Shown: piece after piece, positions 9,185 through 17,798 of the stretch
How positions within the stretch are numbered: the first letter of the stretch is position 1
Layout of the letters: each line of letters starts with the position of its first letter
IMG/VR virus record: IMGVR_UViG_3300020036_008739
Coordinates: 1-64,000 of that record
DNA from: a virus
Lineage: Duplodnaviria; Caudoviricetes
Length of the DNA: 64,000 bases
Strand: one strand, 5' to 3'
The notes under the pieces: model-generated
Database searches by the model: none
Told to the model about the DNA's origin: nothing
What the model saw: only the letters and a program-made list of their open reading frames with translations
Made by a program: the position numbers and the translations under genes

Positions 9185-10649
9185 GGCCGTTACTGTAGTC
9201 CTCCCTAAGTTGAGGGGGAAAGGCTCGGCCTTGGCATCTACACCTACGTTTGTGGTTTCAAACGTGGGTAGTCCTATACCCAACATTGCAACAAACTCAC
9301 ACCTCGTAGACCCCTACAACTTCAGGGCTACAGAAACCGATGACGACCTAATCGCTCGCTTGATGCGCTATGATCCTGACTGCGCCGCTGCGGTCGGGGC
9401 TTTCTTAACCGTGGCGAACACCCAAATCCGTTTCTTGGTAACGGACGTAGACGGTTTGGTAGATCGAGAAGGGCATAAAATTTTAAACCTATGCCTTGAA
9501 TATCTAACCCAAACTCAAGACTATTCTGGTGGGTTTACCAAAAGCAAAAGTTTAGATGTTCTTTTAGAGAAGCAGCGATATTCTATTTTGAAACGAGGGG
9601 CGTTTGGTGGTGAGCTTGTTTTAGACAGTAAGTCACCAACATTCTTCTCCCAAGTAACTTTAGTAGATGCCGCTTCTTTAGAGTGGCAAGAAGATGAATC
9701 TAACAAACTCAAGCCTAAACAAAAGCAAGGCAGTGGTGATCCAACTGACTTGGACATTGCCAACTTTTTTTATGCTGAGTATCGTCAAGACCCATCAAGC
9801 CCCTATAGTAAGAGCTTGTTTATCTCAGCAATTAACACTGTGTTTGCTCGTGCTCAAATTATCAATGATTTGTACGACATTATGCGAGTGACAGGTTACC
9901 CACGAATGGCGGTGAAGTTACTATCAGACGTGGTTCTTAAGAATGCTCCACAATCTGTCAAAACTGGGGGTGCTCAGAAGCAGATTGACCACTTCACAGC
10001 TTTTACCAACAGCATCTCAAGTGTTTTAACCAACTTAAATCCGGCTGACCCATTTGTTCACACAGATTACTTTGAGGCTCAATACCTTAATAGTAGCTCA
10101 GCTATGGAATTGGACATTACTCCAATCATTAAAGTCCTTGATGCTCAAAACCAAGCTGCCCTAAAAAGCATGGCCACTATTTTAGGCCGTGGGGAATCTG
10201 GGGTTAATACAGCTTCTGTGGAAGCTCGTATTTTCTCGATGAATGCTCAAGAGATTAATCAACCCATTGCTGATTTCTGGAGTCAACTGTTAACTTTAGC
10301 GATTCGATTGCAGGGCAGCTTATCGAAAGTCACAGTTTATTTTGAGCCAGTAGAGTTACGCCCTGATAATGAGCTAGAACCTTCTCGTGTTCAAAAACAA
10401 GCTAGGCTCCACAAAGATTTATCTTTGGGGATGATTACTGATGATTACTACCATCTACAAATGTATGGTACTATTCGTCCAGAAACGGCTCCCGAATTGA
10501 GCGGTACAGGTTTTTCTGATAAATCTGCCACTGATCCAGCAGCAGATACTGACAAGACCAAACCATCCGAGAGCAAGAAACCAAGTAGTGCTGAACGCCA
10601 GTCTAATAAACCAGCGGACAAAGGCGCTAAAAGTAACGCAGTGAAGTAA
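9153..10649 (+). CDS. Portal protein
   Basis: 498 aa directly after terL, typical portal size and helical character, charged low-complexity C-tail. Confidence 0.8.
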   Translation: MALAPSKSAAKAVTVVLPKLRGKGSALASTPTFVVSNVGSPIPNIATNSHLVDPYNFRATETDDDLIARLMRYDPDCAAAVGAFLTVANTQIRFLVTDVDGLVDREGHKILNLCLEYLTQTQDYSGGFTKSKSLDVLLEKQRYSILKRGAFGGELVLDSKSPTFFSQVTLVDAASLEWQEDESNKLKPKQKQGSGDPTDLDIANFFYAEYRQDPSSPYSKSLFISAINTVFARAQIINDLYDIMRVTGYPRMAVKLLSDVVLKNAPQSVKTGGAQKQIDHFTAFTNSISSVLTNLNPADPFVHTDYFEAQYLNSSSAMELDITPIIKVLDAQNQAALKSMATILGRGESGVNTASVEARIFSMNAQEINQPIADFWSQLLTLAIRLQGSLSKVTVYFEPVELRPDNELEPSRVQKQARLHKDLSLGMITDDYYHLQMYGTIRPETAPELSGTGFSDKSATDPAADTDKTKPSESKKPSSAERQSNKPADKGAKSNAVK

Positions 10650-10659
10650 GGAGCCTAAA

Positions 10660-11841
10660 ATGTTACGAGTTAAAATGACCGAGGCCATTCGGAATCAGTT
10701 GAAGACAGTCTTAGGGGAAGCCTTCGACGAAGAAAAAGTCGCTGTCTTTGAATATGTGGCTTTAGGGCAGAACCCCCTTAAATCCGGTCGTCCTTTCAAC
10801 GGGGCAAAAGCCAGTGAAAACCTGATGAACCGGATGAAAACTCTTGGCGAGAATCGAGCAGTCCCGTTTATCGCTTTGCACAACAAAGACTACTCTCTGC
10901 CACAAGGTCGAACCTTTATTTCAAAGGTTTACACCGATGAGACGGGAAAGGCTCAACTCCACGCATTGGCTTACTTCATCAAACCTGAAGTGGTTGATCA
11001 GATCGACACAGGAATTCTCCGAGACGTAAGCGTTGGTTTTGGGGTCAATTCCGCAACTTGTTCCGTTTGTGGTTTTGATTTTATGGGTAGTCAAATGGGT
11101 ATTGACGCTCTGCGCAAATACGCTTGGTACGCTAATGAGAAATTAACGTGTGCTAATGGCCACACCATGAATGAAGATGGAAATCATCTATGGATTAACG
11201 GAGCTAATTACTGGGATGAAACGAGTTTCGTTACTCGTGGAGCCAGTGAAGAAGCACGCTTTCTATCCCCTCAGTTTCAAAAACTTGCAAAAGAAAATTT
11301 TGAAACAATCCCATTGGCAGCAAGCCAAAGCAGTGGTACACTTGGGGCTAATCCGAGTTTGGACGAGTTTAAAGTCCACAGTAACTTTATTCAAGACTCT
11401 GTGGATAATAAGCCCAAACAGACTGAGCTTAACCAAAACTTAGGGGCTGATCCAATGTCCACAATCCCGATCCAAGAACACTTGAAGCTGGTGCAAGAAA
11501 AAGCATCCTCTGACTTGCTGCTGAAGCAAGAACAAGAGAAAGTCACAGCACTGACCGCTCAAGTAGCTGAGTTGCAACAAAAAGCCAACGCATCTGACGG
11601 CTTGTCAACCCAACTGCAAGCGGAAAAAGATGCTCACGAGCAACTGAAAACTGCTCATGCCAGTTTGAAAACTGAGCGTGACGCTGCTTATGCTCGTTTG
11701 CAGGTTGCGAATTTGCTGGACAACGACGGCAAACCCAAAGCTGCACCTGAAGGCAATGGCGACACCAAACTCGGTCAAACCGACACCGTCAACATGAGCG
11801 ACAACGATGCGTTGTACACTCGCAAGAAAGTAGGGGCATAA
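10660..11841 (+). CDS. Prohead protease with C-terminal coiled-coil scaffold region
   Basis: HK97-type protease motifs ALHN, LRDVSVGF, DETSFVTRGA; Ala/Gln/Glu coiled coil after about aa 265. Confidence 0.8.
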   Translation: MLRVKMTEAIRNQLKTVLGEAFDEEKVAVFEYVALGQNPLKSGRPFNGAKASENLMNRMKTLGENRAVPFIALHNKDYSLPQGRTFISKVYTDETGKAQLHALAYFIKPEVVDQIDTGILRDVSVGFGVNSATCSVCGFDFMGSQMGIDALRKYAWYANEKLTCANGHTMNEDGNHLWINGANYWDETSFVTRGASEEARFLSPQFQKLAKENFETIPLAASQSSGTLGANPSLDEFKVHSNFIQDSVDNKPKQTELNQNLGADPMSTIPIQEHLKLVQEKASSDLLLKQEQEKVTALTAQVAELQQKANASDGLSTQLQAEKDAHEQLKTAHASLKTERDAAYARLQVANLLDNDGKPKAAPEGNGDTKLGQTDTVNMSDNDALYTRKKVGA

Positions 11842-11845
11842 CACT

Positions 11846-12262
11846 ATGAATACCCAAATCAACCAACGTGGTATTTTTGTACAAACGAGCCGGATCGGTT
11901 TCAACTTGACCGGTGTCTCGTTGCTTACTCTCGACGAAATCAAAGCTCTGGCAGGTAAAGCCGTTGCCCTCGACACCACCGCCAGTTTCAGCGCAAAAAT
12001 TGCTGAAGCTAACGATGTGGTTATTGGCACAATCAATAGCAGCCCCGAAGTAACTGGCACAGCAGCCAACCGTATGGTTGTTTGCACCGTCAACCTCGCT
12101 GGTGGCCTCGGCTTTAGCTGTGCAACCAACGCAACTATCGACATCGGTGACTACTTGCTTGGTGCAGGGGATGGCTTGGTAAAAGGTGGCGGTACATCTG
12201 GCTTCATTGTGACGGATGACAGCACCATCTCCCAAGGCTTTGTCACAGCCATCAAGTTTTAA
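11846..12262 (+). CDS. Head decoration/cement protein
   Basis: 138 aa, Gly/Ala/Thr-rich beta protein between protease and capsid genes. Confidence 0.65.
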   Translation: MNTQINQRGIFVQTSRIGFNLTGVSLLTLDEIKALAGKAVALDTTASFSAKIAEANDVVIGTINSSPEVTGTAANRMVVCTVNLAGGLGFSCATNATIDIGDYLLGAGDGLVKGGGTSGFIVTDDSTISQGFVTAIKF

Positions 12263-12278
12263 TCCAGAGGATAACGAC

Positions 12279-13463
12279 ATGAAACTACAGGATATTAAAA
12301 AGGTTTCTCCCGAAGCTTTTGTGACTGGTTTGCAACAGGGTGGCGAAGGCGCAGCCAAGCAAGTGCTCAACGAAGCGCGTGCCGTGGGTCTGAATCTTGA
12401 AGCTTATATGGAGCTTGCTGTTGACCCCAGCAAATCAGCACACGCCAACCTCCAAACCATGAAGGATGGTGTTGCTGCGGTCTACCGCCATATTGGTGTG
12501 CCTGTCAGTCTGCAAGGCAGCCCAAACGCCAGCCTGATTCTGGCAGCATCGACTGACACCTTCTCCAGCAACAAAGGTTTGGCTGTGCTCATCCAACCGC
12601 TGGTTGAGACGCTGATCCGCGAAAAAGGTGTTCGTCCCCCTGTCGATGACGTGAGTAAGTACATCGCTCAATCCCGTCAAGTCAGCCGTGGTGAGTTGAT
12701 CACCCGTGGCGAGTGGGAAGGTGATGGCGAAGATGCTCTCCGCAGCTTCCGTATCTCCGAAGGTGCGAACATTCCGAAACGTACCATCAAAGCGACCGAA
12801 ACCTCGACCCGTTTTTACAAACACGGTAGCGCCCTTGAAGCCAGCTATGAAACGCTGCGTGATATTGGTGTGCAAGGTTTGTTGCCTTTTGTGGCGCGTC
12901 AAAAGCAAGAGCAGATTGTCAGCCGCGCACAAACGGCTCTCGAAATCTTGCAAAATGGCGATGGTGTTTTTGACCCAGTTACTGCTCAAAACTTCAGCGT
13001 GTATAATGGCGGTGCGGTTGTCACCAACCTGTCTGAAAATGGCTTGAAGCCATTGCTGCGCCTGTTCCACCAACGCTACAAAGCTGGCCGTGTTTTTGAC
13101 ACCATCGTGTGTGGTTACGAAACTGCGTTCCAATTGGCCTTGATGTTCCCGATGAACAAAACAGGCACAGACATTGTGGCCACAGGTATCAACGGTGCTG
13201 CTCCGGTGGGCATGTTGAACGTTCGGTTGCCTTTGGGTCTGCAATTCAGCTTTGAGTTGGTGGCAAGCCCAACGATGGCTGAAAACCAATTGTTGATTTT
13301 CGACCGCAGCGCCACTCTCGAAGAGTTGATCCGCAGCGGCAGCCAGATCAGCGAAGATGATGTGACTGTTGGGAACCAGATGATTTCCTACTATCAAACC
13401 ATCAACACAGGGTACAAATTCATCATCGACGAAAGTCGCTTGCTGATTAACCTTGCAGCTTAA
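12279..13463 (+). CDS. Major capsid protein (HK97 fold)
   Basis: AGAGG RBS before ATG 12279; ISEGANIP...FYKHGSALEASYETLR pattern; strong codon bias; followed by a terminator. Confidence 0.9.
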   Translation: MKLQDIKKVSPEAFVTGLQQGGEGAAKQVLNEARAVGLNLEAYMELAVDPSKSAHANLQTMKDGVAAVYRHIGVPVSLQGSPNASLILAASTDTFSSNKGLAVLIQPLVETLIREKGVRPPVDDVSKYIAQSRQVSRGELITRGEWEGDGEDALRSFRISEGANIPKRTIKATETSTRFYKHGSALEASYETLRDIGVQGLLPFVARQKQEQIVSRAQTALEILQNGDGVFDPVTAQNFSVYNGGAVVTNLSENGLKPLLRLFHQRYKAGRVFDTIVCGYETAFQLALMFPMNKTGTDIVATGINGAAPVGMLNVRLPLGLQFSFELVASPTMAENQLLIFDRSATLEELIRSGSQISEDDVTVGNQMISYYQTINTGYKFIIDESRLLINLAA

Positions 13464-13481
13464 GGCTGAACCAGATAAAAT
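13453..13481 (+). promoter_or_regulatory. Sigma70-like promoter TTGCAG-N17-TAAAAT overlapping the post-capsid terminator
   Basis: Exact 17-nt spacer; -10 overlaps the 5' arm of the hairpin. Confidence 0.55.
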
Positions 13482-13508
13482 GCCCTAACAAGGGCATTTT
13501 TTCTTTTT
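13477..13508 (+). terminator. Rho-independent terminator after the capsid gene
   Basis: AAAAUGCCCU-AACA-AGGGCAUUUU followed by UUCUUUUU. Confidence 0.85.
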
Positions 13509-13521
13509 GGAGTTATGAGTT

Positions 13522-13809
13522 ATGGCCGCTGCAAACTATATGTTTCTTGAAGCAATTAAGGTTCAACTCAGCATCGGTTTAGAGTCCGTTGTTGAAGGGA
13601 AAGTAACACTGGTTCCCATTACCCCTGTCATCACCCAACAAACAGCCATGTTTGTTAAAAAGGGCTATCTCAAGATTGTTAAAAAGGTTCACCTTAAGGA
13701 ACCAACCAACGATCTACATTTCAAAAACTTTCTCAATGGTTTTGACTTGAATGGGGACAGTGGTGAGTCATTGATTGATGATTTCGTAAAGCTGGTTAAT
13801 GGGGAATAA
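13522..13809 (+). CDS. Small virion-module protein, function unknown
   Basis: 95-aa ORF with GGAG RBS after the capsid gene. Confidence 0.6.
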   Translation: MAAANYMFLEAIKVQLSIGLESVVEGKVTLVPITPVITQQTAMFVKKGYLKIVKKVHLKEPTNDLHFKNFLNGFDLNGDSGESLIDDFVKLVNGE

Positions 13810-13810
13810 T

Positions 13811-14518
13811 ATGTTTGCCTTCTCTCGTTTTGCTAAGATCAGCGTACCTGTAGCTTTTATGAGTGAAGGCGAATACGTTGTCCAATCTGGCAGCTTAAAT
13901 CACAGCCTTTATGATGGTGATAATTTGCTTCATCAAGAAGTTAAAACTATTGATGAGGCAACATCTGACCGTTTTGAATATAACCATAGCTTAAGTCTCA
14001 ACGAAGGCGAGCTACGATACCTGACATTAGCCAGTCAGATTAATGAGTTTTTTAAAGAAACTCATATCATCGTTTACAAGGCATCTCTCTTGGTTAAAGG
14101 GGTAGCTGAAGTACGGAAAGTGCTCGGCTTAACTGACAACGAGTTGCGTGACGAGGAAATACCCCTAGCCACAACTTACTGTCAAATAGTTACGGCTTCA
14201 GAGGCAGGTCTTTTGGTCGCTATAGCTGCTGACCTTCAACTCAAGAATCAATTCTCAGAACTATGCGTGGTTAAGACTGCTCTTGACTTTATCGACAGTC
14301 TAAGCCTTCGCTTGAGCAAATCTGAGAAGACCGACAACAAAAGCTTCACGCGCTTGGCCAATGCAGACCAAGTAGAACGATTGAAAACAAGTCTCGAAAA
14401 CCGCAAGAATGGCTTGATGCTGCTATTTAGTGAATGGTACACCGAGAGCGATGAGGCTTTCGACCCAACAGGGTTATTTACGGTAGTCACTATGGCTAAA
14501 CGATCTCAGGGTGAGTAA
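13811..14518 (+). CDS. Putative head-tail adaptor
   Basis: Position after the capsid gene; helical C-terminal domain (VRKVLGLTDNELRDEEI) like adaptor proteins. Confidence 0.55.
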   Translation: MFAFSRFAKISVPVAFMSEGEYVVQSGSLNHSLYDGDNLLHQEVKTIDEATSDRFEYNHSLSLNEGELRYLTLASQINEFFKETHIIVYKASLLVKGVAEVRKVLGLTDNELRDEEIPLATTYCQIVTASEAGLLVAIAADLQLKNQFSELCVVKTALDFIDSLSLRLSKSEKTDNKSFTRLANADQVERLKTSLENRKNGLMLLFSEWYTESDEAFDPTGLFTVVTMAKRSQGE

Positions 14519-15050
14519 TATGCGAAATTTCCCACGGTTTGATGACTCTTTTATTGTGGATGGCACTGGAGGAAATCTGGTGTTTAAAGGTCAGTGGGAT
14601 ACCTTAAGTGACACCAAAACTTTCATGGATCACCCAGTACGGGTTTTATCGGTTAGTAATCGAGGATATAACCCTACCGGAAAAGTTGTGTATCAAAAAG
14701 GTTTAAAGCAAAACAGGTATATCTTAGCTTCTTTTCAGAGCAGTGCTGAAGAGATTCTTCTTCAAGCCATCCCTGTTAATGAAGAGCTAGTAATTAAAAA
14801 ATCTAAGCTAGTTATAGATAGAATAACCGGAGCTATGGTTAGTTCTAAAGAAGAAGAGTTTTTTGAGAATATTGCTTGCTGCGTTAAACTGGCAGATAAC
14901 CCAAGTAACGCAGGGAAAGCCCTAGCAACGAGGGGAACCATTATCACAGCTACCGCTTTGGTTGCTGGGCAACTAATTGGAAGTTACAGTGTAGTTGCTG
15001 TAAACAAAATAAACCATGTGTTTTGCGCATCGGTAACAGGCAATGGCTAA
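14511..15050 (+). CDS. Putative head closure/stopper protein
   Basis: Synteny in the neck module; beta-rich, 179 aa. Confidence 0.5.
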   Translation: MSNMRNFPRFDDSFIVDGTGGNLVFKGQWDTLSDTKTFMDHPVRVLSVSNRGYNPTGKVVYQKGLKQNRYILASFQSSAEEILLQAIPVNEELVIKKSKLVIDRITGAMVSSKEEEFFENIACCVKLADNPSNAGKALATRGTIITATALVAGQLIGSYSVVAVNKINHVFCASVTGNG

Positions 15051-15735
15051 ACTAAATAACCCAGTAACTAAAAAAATCCAAGTGAACCTACAGCTTGGGT
15101 ATAATGCTGCTTTCGTTAGAAGAGCTAGGGTGATTAATAACGAAGTACAGAATGCGGTAAATAGAAAGATAGATTTATACTTTGCAACCCTTGTCGATCC
15201 ATTGAAAGGTTTCATGGGGGGGAATGACAGCCCCACACTCTTAACAAGCAAATTCATAGGTTCTGACGCTGTACGTTGGCAGCCGCTGCTAAGCACAACT
15301 TATAGAAATAGAAAAGGGGGTAATAAATTCTTTGTCAATACAGGCACATTAAAGTCGGACTTAATGGGCATCCAAGATGCCAGTAAATTCCTCGGGGGCT
15401 ATTCAGTAAGAAGTGCCAAGTACCTAGACCGCACTGGTAAATTAACCTTTGTTAAAGGCGTACTACAGGATTCTGACGTAGATAAGCTTGATAATCTGAA
15501 GGTTGAGTTTGAAGTGGATGTTATGGGTAAATTAAACAGACGATTAAAAACAGGAAACCAAAATAAGTTTTTTGATGGGGTATCCTCGGACACACCAATC
15601 ATCTCGGTTAAGTTAGGCAATTTATTTAAGAGCAGAAAGCACTATAGAGACTTGGTTTTACCTTATTCTAGGTACTATACTAAGTTTGTTTTAGGTTCTG
15701 TTGTAAAAGCAGAGTTAAAGAAGTTTGGAGGTTAA
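15043..15735 (+). CDS. Putative neck/tail completion protein
   Basis: Basic protein with RWQPLLSTTYRNRK and FFVNTGTLK motifs like tail-completion (gpS/gp10-like) proteins; synteny. Confidence 0.5.
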   Translation: MAKLNNPVTKKIQVNLQLGYNAAFVRRARVINNEVQNAVNRKIDLYFATLVDPLKGFMGGNDSPTLLTSKFIGSDAVRWQPLLSTTYRNRKGGNKFFVNTGTLKSDLMGIQDASKFLGGYSVRSAKYLDRTGKLTFVKGVLQDSDVDKLDNLKVEFEVDVMGKLNRRLKTGNQNKFFDGVSSDTPIISVKLGNLFKSRKHYRDLVLPYSRYYTKFVLGSVVKAELKKFGG

Positions 15736-15736
15736 C

Positions 15737-16225
15737 ATGGTTTCTACAGGTGTTAGTTTTGCTGAGTTATACAACTCAATCCTAGCCTTCTGTGTTAGTT
15801 TAGCAGGAGAGTTAAACATAGAGGCAACTTCTGTGTTTAATTATGACATGGTTTCTGACTATGCTGAGTTACCAACAGATAGGGATACCGTTGGTTTCAC
15901 CAATCTTAAAGTAAGCGGAATGGAAAACACTAATCTCATCAGCTTAACTGTAGGGATTGGTTTTAGTGTTGTTCGAGACCATAATTTAAAAAGATTGAAC
16001 ACAGAATATATCAACCACTTAGCTAAAAAACTAATCCCCGATGGCCGAGTACCCATCAAAGACCAAGATGGTTATGTTATCGACTATCTGCTTTGCAGTA
16101 GCGATTTTGAAATATCCCCACCGATAGGCGCAAATGGCCTCACCATGCAGTTTATCGGCCTGTTTATGCGCAGCAGTATGGTGTTAAATAGCATAGCACA
16201 AAGCCCAAATTCCGGTTGCGGTTAA
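15737..16225 (+). CDS. Putative tail terminator protein
   Basis: GGAGG RBS before ATG 15737; immediately precedes the tail tube gene. Confidence 0.5.
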   Translation: MVSTGVSFAELYNSILAFCVSLAGELNIEATSVFNYDMVSDYAELPTDRDTVGFTNLKVSGMENTNLISLTVGIGFSVVRDHNLKRLNTEYINHLAKKLIPDGRVPIKDQDGYVIDYLLCSSDFEISPPIGANGLTMQFIGLFMRSSMVLNSIAQSPNSGCG

Positions 16226-16244
16226 GCTGTAATCGGAGTATGAT
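16216..16244 (+). promoter_or_regulatory. Sigma70-like promoter TTGCGG-N17-TATGAT for the major tail gene
   Basis: Exact spacing, about 30 nt upstream of the start codon. Confidence 0.6.
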
Positions 16245-16275
16245 TTTTATAACTTATGACTAGGGGATCATCGTC

Positions 16276-17061
16276 ATGATCGAACACGGCACAGCTACGA
16301 AAACCAGCGCCTTGGTACTGTCCAACGCCACAGTGATGCTCGGTGATATGGGTGAAGGCTTCAACCTGACTCCAGCGGAACACAGCATTGGTCTGTTCAA
16401 AGAGGCCACCGTCAACGCTGAATTGAGCTACACTGGTCTGACTCAAGGCATCCGTCAATCCTTGATTGATGAGCAGATTACTGCGCAAAACATCACCATC
16501 AGCGGCTCCGGCTACCAGTTTGGCTTGTCCCAAATCAAATATGCTTTGGGCATGGATGGGCATGGTATGGACGTAACCACCGTTCAAGCCCAAACCACGT
16601 TGGCTGCTACGGAAACCGCAACTGCATTGACTCTCGATGATGCTTCAGATTTCACCGTAGGCGATACCTTGGTGATCTCGCCTCGTGGTGATGAAGACGC
16701 TTCGCTGGTTGCAATTATCTCAGCAATTTCCACCAACACTGTGACCTTGGATCGCCCTTTGGCAATGGCTGTACCTTCTGGTTCAAAAGTCTACAAAGGC
16801 CAAGTCTTGCGTATTGGTGGGGACAGCCATGTCAAAGCCTACAAGTCGATGAAAGTGGTTGCGCATACCACCAAAGGTTTGCCGATTACCTTTATCGTAC
16901 CAAAAGTGGCGCAAAGCAACAGTTTCACGATGGCGCTGGGTGGCGATTACGCCAAACTGCCGTTCACCTTCAAGTCATTCGCCTTGTCGAGTGAAGAAGC
17001 TGGTTATGCTGAATATGTTGCCAATGATCGTTCTGAGTTGATTTACATTGCGACAACTTAA
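16276..17061 (+). CDS. Major tail tube protein with inserted beta domain
   Basis: Capsid-like codon bias, position before chaperones and tape measure, followed by a terminator. Confidence 0.8.
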   Translation: MIEHGTATKTSALVLSNATVMLGDMGEGFNLTPAEHSIGLFKEATVNAELSYTGLTQGIRQSLIDEQITAQNITISGSGYQFGLSQIKYALGMDGHGMDVTTVQAQTTLAATETATALTLDDASDFTVGDTLVISPRGDEDASLVAIISAISTNTVTLDRPLAMAVPSGSKVYKGQVLRIGGDSHVKAYKSMKVVAHTTKGLPITFIVPKVAQSNSFTMALGGDYAKLPFTFKSFALSSEEAGYAEYVANDRSELIYIATT

Positions 17062-17076
17062 GCGTTTTGCTAAAGT
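17048..17076 (+). promoter_or_regulatory. Sigma70-like promoter TTGCGA-N17-(TGC)TAAAGT
   Basis: Exact spacing plus extended -10; predicted +1 falls in the terminator stem. Confidence 0.55.
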
Positions 17077-17105
17077 AAAGGCTCCTAGTGAGCCTTTTCT
17101 TTTTT
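17077..17105 (+). terminator. Rho-independent terminator after the tail tube gene
   Basis: AAAGGCUC-CUAGU-GAGCCUUU followed by a U-rich tract. Confidence 0.8.
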
Positions 17106-17118
17106 GGAGAACACCGTA

Positions 17119-17520
17119 ATGGAACAAGCCCTTAAGCTGCCAGACACATCTGATTTTTTAGACGTGGTAGTTAACAACGAACCACGTCAGCTTTTTATGA
17201 GTTACGCTATTTTAGAGCGTGCTGTGGCTTTGAGCGGAGGCGATCAAGAATCACTGATTTCAGTAGCTGATACCCAATTGCGAGCAATTATGCTGGCTCA
17301 ACTCATTCAATCTGAAAAGTATGTTGAGAGCTATTCCGAAGCTATGACTATCCTAATGCAGAATCGGGTTAATACCGAAGACGCGGTAAAAATGATTGGT
17401 TGGTTCCAAAGCCACCTCGTAAATTTTATTCTGGGGTTGAGCCAAACAGCGGAGCTTCAAAAAAGCCAAATGCTAAATCTTCTGGCTCAACTCCAATCGA
17501 AGACTTCTTCGCAAGCTTAA
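17119..17520 (+). CDS. Tail assembly chaperone (gpG-like)
   Basis: GGAG RBS before ATG 17119; lies between tail tube and tape measure genes. Confidence 0.75.
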   Translation: MEQALKLPDTSDFLDVVVNNEPRQLFMSYAILERAVALSGGDQESLISVADTQLRAIMLAQLIQSEKYVESYSEAMTILMQNRVNTEDAVKMIGWFQSHLVNFILGLSQTAELQKSQMLNLLAQLQSKTSSQA

Positions 17521-17798
17521 GCTTTGATGAGTTGCTGTGCTTTTGTTTTGATATTTACCATCACAAACTAAGCACTTTTAAATTCACTATCAGTTTGAAG
17601 GATGTTAGAACCCAGATTAAAATCCGTACTGGGTTGGAATATGCCAGAGTTACTGATATTAAGGCTTCTATGATTACCGTGGTTAACGCATTATATGGAG
17701 GGGACTCCCCTTCAAATAATCCCACAGAAACCATTGTGGCTGAGACTGTTGAAGATGTACAATCATTCTTTAACATGGTGAAGGGTAAGTCAAAATGA
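17427..17798 (+). CDS. -1 frameshift extension of the tail assembly chaperone (gpGT-like)
   Basis: Open -1 frame overlapping the chaperone 3' end; slippery heptamer A AAT TTT at 17421-17427 in the correct phase. Confidence 0.7.
   Translation, partial: YSGVEPNSGASKKPNAKSSGSTPIEDFFASLSFDELLCFCFDIYHHKLSTFKFTISLKDVRTQIKIRTGLEYARVTDIKASMITVVNALYGGDSPSNNPTETIVAETVEDVQSFFNMVKGKSK

Noticed and set aside
11605-13397. Long - strand ORFs (179, 193 and 320 aa) opposite decoration and capsid genes
   Set aside because: Antisense shadows caused by strong codon bias in the sense genes.
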